A DNA stretch of 64,000 nt from an uncultured Acidimicrobiia bacterium (lineage in GTDB: Bacteria > Actinomycetota > Acidimicrobiia > Spongiisociales > DATADW01). The stretch's first letter is position 1, and every line of letters begins with the position of its first letter. Both the position numbers and the translations under genes were made by a program. Below are positions 1 to 10,218 of the stretch, in pieces. The stretch is taken from the NCBI GenBank assembly GCA_963826825.1, contig CAWGYV010000005.1:10948-74947 (forward strand). The letters are read 5' to 3'. The notes below the pieces were generated by a model. The model had not been told where the DNA came from and did no database searches. It worked only from the letters and a program-made list of their open reading frames with translations.

Positions 1-414
1 ACTGCAAGTCCCTGCGAGTCGCGTCCAAAGGCGATCACTGCCACCTGGTCTTCGGGCCTCTTCTGTTCGACGAACGCCAGGGCTGCATCCTTTGCTTCCT
101 CGAGCTTCTGCCCTGCCATGCTGTTGGAGGCGTCGATCACGAGCACCACACCAGTTGGTGTGGTGTTACCCAACGGGACGATCTTGGATTCGATCCGTTG
201 GACCTCTCTGCCATCCTCGGTGATGACCGGAGTTCGGGGTCGAGCGGTTCGAGCATGTTGACCCCGGCTATCTCCATGACCACGTCCGGATAGTCGTCTA
301 TGTGGGTGGTGATCTCGATGCGCTCGGCGTCCCGGCATCCTGAGCGGTGGCAGGTCCTGCCACCACGACCGCGACGAGCGCGGCCAGCACGAGCACGACC
401 CAGATGCGTTTCAT
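1..414 (-). CDS. secreted von Willebrand factor A (vWA) domain protein, N-terminal part only (gene runs off the window start); frame changes at least twice
   Basis: Own minus-strand translation. ATG at 412-414 gives a signal-peptide-like MKRIWVVLVLAALVAVVVAGPATAQ. Further on comes VVLVIDASNSMAGQKLEEAKDAALAFVEQKRPEDQVAVIAFG, with the DxSxS MIDAS motif of vWA domains. The middle part matches ORF 137..565(-). The ATG overlaps the cpaF stop (ATGA). Confidence 0.6.
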
Positions 415-1787
415 TGGACGACTGAGAAAGAGTCGCTCCGACGCACCAGCGACTCGGCGTCGAATGCATCCAACGGCACGTCGATCCCGACGTCGAGAAG
501 GTGGTCGAGGAACTCGGGACGACGACCGGTTGCCTTGAGGCGGCCAAGGAATCGCCCGTCCTCATCGATCCCCATCCCGTAGTCGAACAGAAAGAGGTCG
601 CGCAGTTCGATCTGGTCGCCGACGATGGCGCCGACTTCGGTCACGTGGGTAACTCGCCGCGACCCATCCCGCAGCCGGGATAAGTGGATGATGACGTGGA
701 CTGCAGACGCGATCTGCTCACGGATGGCGCGGACAGGCAACTCAAAACCGGACATGAGCACCATGGTCTCGATCCGGGAGAGCGAGTCGCGCGGTGAGTT
801 GGCATGGACCGTTGTCAGCGAGCCATCGTGGCCGGTATTCATCGCTTGGAGCATGTCGAGCGTCTCTCCGCCTCGAACCTCGCCCACCACAATGCGGTCC
901 GGCCGCATCCTCAGTGCGTTGCGTACCAGATCGCGAATCGTCACTTCGCCCTTGCCCTCGAGGTTGGCCGGCCGGGATTCCAGGCTGAGCACGTGATCCT
1001 GATGCAACTGGAGCTCGGCGGCGTCCTCGATGGTGACGATGCGCTCTTCGGTCGGGAGATAGGAGGAGAGCACGTTGAGCGTCGTCGTCTTACCCGAGCC
1101 GGTTCCGCCACTGATGATGATGTTGAGGCGGCCGAGTACACACGCTCGGACCAGGTCGGCCAGCTGAGGGCTCAGCGTTCCGAGGCTGATCAGATCATGC
1201 TCGGTGAAGGGGTCGACCGCGAACTTCCTGATGGTGAGGAAAGGCCCGCCGATGGCAAGGGGATGGACAACGGCATTGACCCGGGAGCCGTCGGGGAGCC
1301 GGGCATCGACCATGGGCGTCGCCTCGTCCACACGACGACCCACTTGGCCGACGATCTTGTCGATTATCCGGCGGAGATGGATGCCGTCTACGAATCGGAT
1401 AGGCGTGGCCACGATCTTGCCCGCCCTCTCCACGAATACCTCGTATGGCCCGTTGACCATCACCTCGGTGATGGTGGGGTCGTTGAGCAGAGGATCGATC
1501 GGCCCATAGCCGAGGACGTCGCTCGTGATCTCGGTTAGGAGATGATCGCGTTCCACCTTGGAGAGGCTGGAGCGAGCTTCTTTGTCGAGCGACCGCTCCA
1601 ACGTTTCCAACACCCGGCGCCGCAATTCGTCATCGGTCAACGCCCGGTCGTAGAGGACGGGTCCGAGCTCTTCGATGACGCGGAAATGCATGCTGACGCG
1701 CAGCTCTTCGTGCAGCGTTGCAGATGGCTGGGTATGGCCCTCTGCCAACGCCGCGGCTACCCGTTCTGATAACGACGCCATGCTCAC
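411..1787 (-). CDS. cpaF: Tad/Flp pilus assembly ATPase CpaF/TadA
   Basis: Uninterrupted 458-aa ORF. It has the Walker A GGTGSGKTTTLN plus TIEDAAELQL and RPDRIVVGEVRG blocks typical of CpaF/TadA secretion ATPases. It is adjacent to cpaE-like and cpaB genes. Confidence 0.9.
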   Translation of the reverse strand: MSMASLSERVAAALAEGHTQPSATLHEELRVSMHFRVIEELGPVLYDRALTDDELRRRVLETLERSLDKEARSSLSKVERDHLLTEITSDVLGYGPIDPLLNDPTITEVMVNGPYEVFVERAGKIVATPIRFVDGIHLRRIIDKIVGQVGRRVDEATPMVDARLPDGSRVNAVVHPLAIGGPFLTIRKFAVDPFTEHDLISLGTLSPQLADLVRACVLGRLNIIISGGTGSGKTTTLNVLSSYLPTEERIVTIEDAAELQLHQDHVLSLESRPANLEGKGEVTIRDLVRNALRMRPDRIVVGEVRGGETLDMLQAMNTGHDGSLTTVHANSPRDSLSRIETMVLMSGFELPVRAIREQIASAVHVIIHLSRLRDGSRRVTHVTEVGAIVGDQIELRDLFLFDYGMGIDEDGRFLGRLKATGRRPEFLDHLLDVGIDVPLDAFDAESLVRRSDSFSVVQ

Positions 1788-1845
1788 CCCCGCCCCTTGG
1801 TCCCCCGACCGAATAAGTGCATCCTACCGAGGCCCGGTGACATCT

Positions 1846-3009
1846 TCATGAGCGCCACCAGGACCGGCGTCCCCTTGCCGGAGCGGCTCGAGCGCCAGTA
1901 ACCAGCGCTGCCACTTCTTCGAAACCCCTCGAAGTCTTCGACTTTGGAGATCCGAGCACCACCGGCCTGCCTTCGTTGACCGAAGCGGGAATGGCAGCGT
2001 CCGATGGGATCCGCGCCGCCACCTTCACCCCGAGCGTCTTCTCGATCTCCCTCTCGTCGAGTCGTGCGCGGGCGTTCGCCCGGTTGAGAACGAGGTTGAT
2101 CTTCGACGATGGGAACTTGAGCAATCGCAGCGTGTCCAGCGCCAGCTTGGCGTTCTTGACCGAGAGCAGGTCCATGTCGACCATGATGAGCACGAGATCA
2201 GACCGTTCCAGGAGCGAGAGCAGCATCTCGTCGAATGACGACGATGTGTCGATAACCACTACGTCGAACATCGAGCGCATGACGCCCACGATGTCGACCA
2301 TCGAAGACACGCTGATCTCATCGGCGTAGGAAGGCTCCAATGGAGCGGGGAGCACCCGGAGCCCACTGGGATGCCTCGCCAGCACTGAGTCGACCAGTGC
2401 CTCGTCCAGCCGGTCGATGTCGTGGACGATGTTGATCACCGTGAGGCGCGGCTCGAGTTGGAGCACCAGGCTGTCGTCGCCGAACTGAAGGTCGGCGTCC
2501 ACCAGCGCTACACGACCGTCGCCCAACTGCTGGGCTAGCAACACAGCAAGGTTGGAAGCGAGGACGGTCTTCCCGCTCCCTCCTTTTGGTGACATCACGG
2601 TGACCACGCGTCCCTCGCTGGGCAAGGGCGCTAGTTCCACCGACGGCCGACGGCGTAGCAGGGGCGCCACGGCCTCATCGAGACGCTCCTCGGTGAGAGG
2701 AGGCTCGATCACGTCGCGTACCCCGGCGCGCATGGCGGCGCGCAGCACGCTGGGCTCGATGTCTGCGGCCACCAATATGATTCCGAGATCTTCGTTCTCC
2801 TCACGGAGAATGGCGGCGCTCTCCATTGCCGGCTCGGATGCGAACGACGGGCCGAGTACCACTACCCAGACGCTGCCATCCTCGATGCGGCGTTGCACAT
2901 CGGTGAGGAAACGGACTGTTGGCACCTTGCCGTCCAGCGCTCGCTTGGTCTCGTCGAGGAATTCTTCGTCGTCATCGACGACGATCACTCCGCCTTCCTC
3001 GCCGATCAT
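1846..3009 (-). CDS. cpaE: TadZ/CpaE-like pilus assembly protein (receiver-like N-domain plus ParA/MinD-type ATPase)
   Basis: Uninterrupted 387-aa ORF. It carries the deviant Walker A SPKGGSGKTVLASNLA after a receiver-like N-terminal region. It lies between cpaB and cpaF, as in Tad loci. Confidence 0.8.
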   Translation of the reverse strand: MIGEEGGVIVVDDDEEFLDETKRALDGKVPTVRFLTDVQRRIEDGSVWVVVLGPSFASEPAMESAAILREENEDLGIILVAADIEPSVLRAAMRAGVRDVIEPPLTEERLDEAVAPLLRRRPSVELAPLPSEGRVVTVMSPKGGSGKTVLASNLAVLLAQQLGDGRVALVDADLQFGDDSLVLQLEPRLTVINIVHDIDRLDEALVDSVLARHPSGLRVLPAPLEPSYADEISVSSMVDIVGVMRSMFDVVVIDTSSSFDEMLLSLLERSDLVLIMVDMDLLSVKNAKLALDTLRLLKFPSSKINLVLNRANARARLDEREIEKTLGVKVAARIPSDAAIPASVNEGRPVVLGSPKSKTSRGFEEVAALVTGARAAPARGRRSWWRS

Positions 3010-3040
3010 CGGCCGATCCCCACGGCGTCGCTGGCCAGCA

Positions 3041-4002
3041 TCACGGCAGCTCGAAGTACTCGTCGAGGACCCCCGCGTTGTCCCCGAAGAGCGAGTCGAT
3101 GACCACGCCGCCGGTGTCCGCTACGACTGGAAGTCGTCCGTGGCCAGTGTGAGCCAGATGGCTCCTGCCTCGACGGCGAAGACCAATTGCTCCGCCTCCT
3201 CGGAGTTGACCTCCAGGGTGACCAGTTGACTGCGATCGCAAGTGACTCGGTCCCGCACCGCCGGTTTCCGGTGCGGTCGGCGTTGTCGCCGATCCGTCTT
3301 CAGAAGGCGTCGGGCGCCGGTGCCGATACCGTCGCCGAATCGTCGCCACCCGGGAGACCACCTGGTCGTCGACTGCGAGCACGTGCTTGTTGAAGAGCAC
3401 GTATCGGGTGAATGTCTTGGTGACGGTGTCGGGCTCACCACTCCCGGACTCTTGTTGCGGGTCATGATCGGTGGCATCCTCGGTGATGGGAGTGCCCTCG
3501 ACCTTGAGCGTCACCAGCACATTGACAGTGTCTCCTGGGCGAATGAACCCAGCCACGCCTCTGCTTGCGTCAACCGGCACGGTCACCGCTTGGTTGCCGC
3601 TGCTCAATCACGTCTGCTCGAGTGGCTGCGCGGCCAGTACCGGGTCGATCCACATGTCGGTGGTGAGGATCGCCCCGCCGGGAATCGGTCCGGCGGCGAC
3701 CTTTCCCGACAGCGCCTGCTCGATCCTGACCTCACCGGGCTTCGAGTCGGCTCGGTGTCGACGGCCAGTCGGCGGCCTCAGCTCGAGCAACCTCGTCGTC
3801 GACCTCGAGACGTGATCAAGTTCTGGATGACGAGTTCACCCGTCGTTCCGGCTTCGATGCGATTTTCCGTCCGGTAGACCTCGACGAAGTCCGTCTCCGC
3901 GATCCGCTCGTTCTGGACGCCGGTGAGGAATCGGAACACGGCGAAAGCTGCCACCCCGGCAAGCAGCAACGCAACGATGAGGACCAGGGTCCGTCTTCCC
4001 AT
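3041..4002 (-). CDS. cpaB: Flp pilus assembly protein CpaB/RcpC, spread over three frames
   Basis: N-terminus with a TM anchor, MGRRTLVLIVALLLAGVAAFAVF, is in ORF 3778..4002(-). The middle, VPVDASRGVAGFIRPGDTVNVLV, is in ORF 3041..3607(-). The distal part, QLVTLEVNSEEAEQLVFAVEAGAIWLTLATDD, is in ORF 3121..3477(-). The 3' end is uncertain (3041 or 3121). Confidence 0.65.
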
Positions 4003-4105
4003 TCAACGCTCCTCGGCCAAAGACAGGGTCATTCGGACCCTTCCCACCAGGGTTCCATCGGCCGTGCGACCCGTTCGGTTGAGCGGAGAGTGCGGGGACC
4101 GCGCC

Positions 4106-5928
4106 TCAGCGGCGCCCGATCCCACGTTCTTTCAGCTCTTGAAGGATCGCCTCGAGGGAGGCGTCGACGCTGACCGCCGGACGCTCTTCCTCGGGCTCGC
4201 GCTCGAATTCGTGCCTGGTGGGAGGACGACGCTCGGGGCGACTCGTCGGCGCTGCCGCAGCTGCCGGTGCCGGCGGCTCGCGCCTCTCCGACCAATCGGG
4301 AAGCGCCTGCTTGATCGACAGGCTCACCCGACGGCGCTCCTCCTCCATCTCGGTCACCTTGACCTGGACGCGCTGTCCGATCGAAAGCTCCAACTCGGGT
4401 GACTCCACCCGGTGGATCGCGATCTCGGAGACGTGCACCAAACCTTCGACACCGTCGCCCACGGAGACGAACGCTCCGAAGGGGACCGTCTTGGTCACCA
4501 CACCCTCGACCACAGAACCAACGCTGTTCTCGCGGATGAAGGTCACCCACGGATCCTCGAGTGTCTGCTTGATCGAGAGCGAGATCCGCTCGCGGTCGAG
4601 ATCGACCTCGAGCACCTTGACCGTGACCTCGTCGCCCACCTTGACCACCTCGCCGGGGTGGTTGACGTGCTGCCAGGAGAGCTCGGAGACGTGGACCAGA
4701 CCGTCCATGCCGCCGAGGTCGACGAAAGCGCCGAAAGCGACGACCGACGAAACGACACCCTGACGTACCTCGCCGACCTGCGAGTTGGTCGAGGAACGCC
4801 TGGCGCTGCTCGGCCTGCTCTTCCTCGAGGTAGGCGCGGCGGGAGAGCACGACGTTGTTGCGGTTGCGGTCGAGCTCGATGACCTTGGCCTCGATCTCCT
4901 GACCGACGTACGGGTCGAGGTCGCGCACCCGGCGCAACTCGACGAGCGAAGCAGGGAGGAAGCCGCGCAGGCCGATGTCGACTATCAAACCGCCCTTGAC
5001 CACTTCGATCACCGGGCCACGCACCGTGCCGCCCTCGTTGGTGATCTGCTGGATGCGGTCCCAGGCACGCTCGTACTGAGCCCGCTTCTTGGAGAGGATG
5101 AGCCTGCCCTCTTCGTCCTCCTTGTTGAGGACAAGAGCCTCGATCCGCTCACCGACCTGGACCACCTCGCCCGGGTTGACGTTGTTGCGGATCGACAGTT
5201 CCTCGGTGGGGATGATCCCCTCGGACTTGTAGCCGATGTCGAGCATCGCTCCATCGCCGTCCACGGTCACCACAGTGCCCTCGACGATGTCGCCTTCCTT
5301 GAACTCGAGCACGGTGTGCTCGAGGGCGGCGACGAAGTCGTCGGCGATCTCATCGGGGAGGTCACCCACGTTGGGTGCCACGATCGCTGCCGGACCGGGT
5401 GGACGAGATCGGCGTTCCGCGTCCTCGCTGGTGCCTGCCGGCTCGGTCGCAGCCGGAGCGGCCTCTGTCCGGCGTCGACTCGACAACATCGACCGAAGCC
5501 GCAACGGCCTCGATCTGATCGGCGGTGACCTCGGACTCGTCGAGAGTCTCGACTACGTCTTCAACCACGTCGGAGGTCTCGGCTCCATCGGCCGTATCAG
5601 CTGTCTCGGCGGTATCGGCGACCTCGATCTCGTCGGCGGTCTCGACGATCTCGGTCTCCGCACGAGGTCTGCACGTCATCGACGGCGTCTCGTCGACGTC
5701 GGTCTCGGTTGGTGGCCTCGACGATCTCGGTCTCGTCGATCGCCTCGGCGATCGGGCTCTGGGGCCGTGTCCTCTGTCTGCTCGACTGGCTCGGCAGCCG
5801 TCTCGTGCCGGGGTCTCGGTCTCGCTGGACTCTTCGGCCGCGGTCACACCATCGATCTCGTCGATGGTGGTTGTCGCCGCCGTTGTCGCCTCGTCGGGCG
5901 CACGCGACGGCTCGTGTTCGGTGGTCAT
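4106..5928 (-). CDS. rpsA: 30S ribosomal protein S1, frameshifted, with an apparent acidic N-terminal extension
   Basis: S1 repeats EGDIVEGTVVTVDGDGAMLDIGYKSEGIIP and VVKGGLIVDIGLRGFLPASL are in ORF 4029..5504(-). The C-terminal S1 domains are in ORF 4106..4708(-). Upstream ORF 5362..5928(-) is an E/T/A/D-rich tract that reads into the S1 frame after a 1-nt shift. The canonical S1 core starts near 5400. Confidence 0.85.
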
Positions 5929-6006
5929 AGGTGGTTTCTTACCTCCAAGGGATTCGCCGCCGCCGCGAGGGCAGGGCGTCCGGAAATCGTAGCAGGTCGG
6001 ACGGGG

Positions 6007-8636
6007 TCAAGCCTTGGTGTCGGCCAGCGTGGCACCCGAGGCCAGATCGGCGCGTAGCGGCACCCGCAGCTTGGTCACGCCTTCCATCACCTCGACGATC
6101 AACTCGCCTGCCGCCGTCTCTTCACCGGCGGGTGTCTCCATCACAAGCTCGTCGTGAATCTGGAGGAGGAGCGTGGTCTCCATGGCTTCGTCGACCAGCC
6201 GTCTGTCGAGTTCGATCATCGCCTTCTTGATGATGTCGGCCGCCGTTCCCTGTACCGGGGCGTTGAGCGCCATCCGCTCGCCCATCTGACGGACCCGGAT
6301 GTTGTCGCTCTGCAGCTCCGGGAGATAGCGGCGCCGTCCGAAGAGGGTGGTCGTGTAACCGCGGTTGCGTGCCTCGGTGACCGTGCCCCGCATGAAGTCG
6401 CGCACATCGGGGAACTGGGCGAAGTAGGCATCGATGTGCTCTCTGGCCTCGTCGCGCGATATCCCGAGCCGGTCGGCCAGGCCGAACGCCTCCATCCCGT
6501 AGAGCAGGCCGAAGTTGATCACCTTGGCCCGGCGGCGCATCTCCGGCATGACGTTCTCCGGCTGCCAGACCGAAGACACGGGCGGCGGTGGCGGTGTGGA
6601 TGTCGGCGTCGGACTCGAACGCCTCGACCAGCCCCGGGTCGCCCGACATGTGCGCCAGCACCCGCAGTTCGATCTGCGAGTAGTCGGCCACCAGGAAGCG
6701 CCACCCTGGCCGGGCGACGAATGCCCGTCTGATGGTCCTGCCGGTCTCGGAGCGGACCGGGATGTTCTGCAGGTTGGGACGGTCCGAGGAGAGCCGGCCG
6801 GTGGTCGCCGCCATCTGGTTGAACCGGGTGTGGATCCTCCCGTCGGCCCCGACCAGCGGGAGGTAGCCGTCGACGTAGGTCGAGCGGAGCTTCTCCAGCT
6901 CCCGATAGCGGAGCAGCAGCTCGACCATGGGGTGGGCATCGGCCAGCTTGGCCAGCACCGATGCGTCGGTGGACGGCACCCCGGTGGACGTCTTCTTCAG
7001 AGCGGGCAGCCCCAGGGTCGTGTAGAGGACGTGCCGGAGCTCCTTGGTCGAGTTGACGTTGAACGGCTCGCCGGCCGCCTGGTGGATGTCGCGTTCGAGC
7101 GTGGCCAACTGGTCACGGAGACTCTCGCCCAGCTCCTCGAGATAGGGCTGATCGACCCCGATCCCGGCCGCCTCCATTCGAGCGAGGACCGCCACCAGCG
7201 GCGCCTCGATCTCGGCGAAGAGCTCCAGCTCTCCCCGCTCCTCGAGTTCGGTGCGGAGCTCTTCGGCCAGTCGCCCGGTGACCACCGCCCTCCGACCGGC
7301 ATCGGCGACGTCGGGGCCTTCCGAGAAGTCGAGCATCCCCTGGGCGCTCGCGGCAGCGGTCGCCCTCCTCGCCCGGCCCAAGTTGGATACCCAGGTAGCG
7401 CAGCGACAGCTCTCCCAGGTCGTAAGTCCTGGTCGCCGGTTGCACGACGTAGGCAGCGAGAGCGGTGTCGAAGAGCGGACCGTCCACGGGCAACCCCTGC
7501 TCGACCAGATGGCGGAGCAGATCCTTGGCGTCGTGCGCCACCCGCTGGCGCGAGTCGTCCCCGATCGCTTCGAGCAACGGGCCGGCCGCTGCCAACGGCA
7601 CATACCGGGCTGCTCCATCCTCGGGAACGGCCAGCCCGCCCAGAGCACTCGCCCTCCCAGACCGGCACCAGCACCAACGGATTCGATTCGGCGAGCCCGG
7701 CGACCTCACCGGTGTCGCTGACGGTTGTGACTTCCACATCGAGCGTCTCGGCCCCCGTCGGTTGGTCGGACCAGAGGGCGTCGAGCTCGTTGAAGATGCT
7801 GTGGAACTCGAGGCTCTCGAACAGATCCTTGGCGACCCGGCGGTCCCACGGGACCCGGATCAGCTCCGTCGGAGAGACGCCAAGGTCGAGGTCGTCGACC
7901 AGGCGCATGAGCCGCTGGTTGAGGAAGACCTGCTCGCGATGCTCCTCCAAGTTGGATTTGAGCCGCGGGCTGTGGTCTTCCAGATGCTCGTAGATGCCCT
8001 CGAGGTCGCCGTACTCGGCGATGAGCCGGGAGGCGGTCTTCTCGCCCACACCGGGGACACCGGGGAGGTTGTCGGAGGTGTCGCCACGCAGACGAGGCGT
8101 AGTCGAGGTACTGGTCCGGGCGGATCCCGTACCGCTCCTCCACATACCCGGCATCGGCCAGCACGGTGTCTGAAATGCCCCGGCGGGTGTAGAGCACCTT
8201 GAGATGGTCGTCCGACCAATTGGAAGCTGTCGCGATCGCCGGTGACAACGAGGACATCCCACCCGTTCTCGATCGCCTTTCCGGCAACTGATGCGATCAC
8301 GTCGTCGGCTTCGTACCCCTCCAGCTGCAGCTGGGAGTAGCCGAGAGCGTCCATCACCTCGCGGATCAACGGAAGCTGGCTGCGGAACTGATCGGGCGCG
8401 CTGCTCCGATTCGCCTTGTACTCGGAGTACTCGGCGAGGCGGAAGGTGTCCCGGCTGACATCCCAAGCGACAGCGACGGCATCGGGATGGTGGTCGCCCA
8501 CCAGCTTGAGCAGCATCCGGGTGAACCCGTACACCGCGTTGGTGATCTGGCCAGATTTGGTTCCCAGATCGGGCGGGAGGGCGAAAAAGGCGCGATAGGC
8601 GAGGCTGTGACCGTCGAGAAGGGCGAGCGTTGGCAT
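6007..8636 (-). CDS. polA: DNA polymerase I, split over at least five frame segments
   Basis: The 5'-3' exonuclease N-terminus MPTLALLDGHSLAYRAFFALP is in ORF 7860..8636(-). The polymerase C-terminus RRRAKVINFGLLYGM...LLLQIHDELV is in ORF 6007..6939(-). The middle parts are in ORFs 6122..7648, 7113..7739 and 6997..8466(-). Confidence 0.95.
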
Positions 8637-8678
8637 CGGATCCGCTGGTGAGATGGTGTTGCTGACCTTAGGACCCGC

Positions 8679-8964
8679 TCAACCGCCGTCGAGCCGGGCG
8701 AGCAGCGTTTCTCGCTGGGTCTCGAGCCGGCCCCTGCGGGCGGCCAGGTCGGCGAGGACGCGTTCGAACCGCTCGACATCGGCATGTGCACGTTGAGCGT
8801 CGGCGCGGTCCCCGGGGTTACCGGTCACCGCCGCGTCGCGCTGGAAGTCGTCGTCGAGTGACCGCAACATGTCGAGTTCGGCCGAGGTGCGTGATCTCCT
8901 GCTCCCGGAGCTCGATGATCCGCTGGTTGACCTTGAAGAGCTTGGCCTCGATGCGACTTCCCAT
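8679..8964 (-). CDS. small coiled-coil hypothetical protein (one frame change)
   Basis: MGSRIEAKLFKVNQRIIELREQEITHL (tail of ORF 8818..9657) joins AELDMLRSLDDDFQRDAAV...RETLLARLDGG (ORF 8679..8987). No family recognised. Confidence 0.4.
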
Positions 8965-9032
8965 GGCGCGATGATACCGGCGAACATGTGTTCGGACGCT
9001 CTTGGCGGGAAACCAACTACACTCGCCCGCCT

Positions 9033-9116
9033 GCCGGAGTGGCGGAATTGGTAGACGCGATGGACTCAAAATCCATTGGGGGCAACTCCGTGCGGGTTCG
9101 AGTCCCGCCTCCGGCA
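9033..9116 (+). tRNA. tRNA-Leu (anticodon CAA), no encoded CCA
   Basis: Manual cloverleaf. Acceptor GCCGGAG/CTCCGGC plus discriminator A. D-arm GTGGCGGAATTGGTAGACGCG is identical to the classical tRNA-Leu D-arm. Anticodon arm ATGGA-CTCAAAA-TCCAT, long variable arm, T-arm GCGGG-TTCGAGT-CCCGC. Confidence 0.95.
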
Positions 9117-9120
9117 CTGC

Positions 9121-9160
9121 AGAAAGACGGAAGACGGAAGACGGAAGACGGCAGGCAGAG
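9121..9160 (+). repeat. tandem heptamer array, GACGGNN family (AGACGGA x3, AGACGGC, AGGCAGA)
   Basis: Read directly. It starts 5 nt after the tRNA-Leu 3' end. Confidence 0.95.
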
Positions 9161-9273
9161 GACCGGCGAGCGGGCACTCCGGGGAGTGGTTTCCGCAAGT
9201 CGATTGGGTGGGGTAATGTCGTTGGCGAGCAACGGCCATCTACCAGACCGAATCGACAACGTCCTGCCGCATC

Positions 9274-9292
9274 CCCCCACTCCCCCACTCCC
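9274..9292 (+). repeat. C-run octamer repeat CCCCCACT x2 plus CCC
   Basis: Read directly in the tRNA-Leu / trpA intergenic gap. Confidence 0.9.
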
Positions 9293-9372
9293 TGGCTGGG
9301 CGTTTCGGAATCTTGGTGGATGGCCGTGGCTCGTTTTTCGGTCTTCTTGAGACCCGACTCCCTGGGCACCGC

Positions 9373-9400
9373 CCCACCTGGCGCAAGTGACGCCAGTGGG
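9373..9400 (-). terminator. stem-loop directly after the trpA stop (no U-tract)
   Basis: CCCACCTGGCG-CAAGTGA-CGCCAGTGGG forms a roughly 10-bp stem with one bulge. It starts 1 nt beyond the trpA stop codon (9402-9404). Confidence 0.35.
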
Positions 9401-9401
9401 C

Positions 9402-10218
9402 TCAGATTGCCCAGGCAGCTGCCCAGAACAGTCCGTCCAGCGCAGCACGGAATTCGCCGACGGCGGTGGTCAACCGCTCGATGGCGTCGTCGGTGTTCTC
9501 CGATTCGAGGACGAGACGGACCAGAGCCGAACCGACGATGACCCCGTCTGCGTACGTCGCGACCGCTGCCGCCTGACTCGGGTGTCGAGATGCCGACGCC
9601 GAAGCACCAAGGGCACATCGGTGATCTCCCGCACCCGGCTCGATAGGTCGGCGACATGGCTGCTCACTTCGGACCGCTCCCCGGTCACCCCGAGGTCGGC
9701 CACCCCGTAGATGAAGAGTGGCCGTGCCGCCGCCACGCGACGGAGACGCTCGTCACCCGTGGTGGGTGCGACGAACTGGACCATGCCGAGCGCGTGGCGG
9801 GCGGCGGCAGACGCCACCTCGTCGGACTCCTCGAGCGGAAGGTCGGGGACGATCAACCCATCGGCGCCCGCTTCGGCGAGACGCCGGCAGAACTCTTCCG
9901 CTCCCATCCGGAGGACCGGGTTGGCGTAGGTCATCGCCAATAGTGGGCGACCGGTGGTCCTCGGCGACTCTCTCGATCGTCTCGAATGCCACCCGCAGCG
10001 ACGTGCCCGCCGCCAGTGCGGCCTCGCTCCCCCGTTGGATGACCGGCCCGTCCATCAACGGGTCCGAGTAGGGGATCCCCACCTCGAAGCCGTCTGCGCC
10101 GGCTTCGGCCATGGCGGCAAAGAGGCGCGGCGACGAATCGGGGTCGGGTAGCCCGGCCGTCATGAACGGGAAGAAAGGCGGTGTGGCCCGGTTCGAACAA
10201 CTCCGCGACCCGGTTCAC
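9402..10218 (-). CDS. trpA: tryptophan synthase alpha chain, at least four frame changes
   Basis: [18 protein letters not shown] is in ORF 9753..10163. [11 protein letters not shown]...VAPTT is in ORF 9470..9940. Own translation recovers [27 protein letters not shown]...AAAWAI-stop at 9402. The GTG start overlaps the trpB stop (GTGA, 10215-10218). Confidence 0.85.

Noticed and set aside
8818-9657. 279-aa minus-strand ORF spanning the tRNA-Leu region
   Set aside because: It is a chimera of the out-of-frame trpA tail, non-coding spacer, the antisense of the tRNA and the start of the small coiled-coil gene. It is not a real protein.
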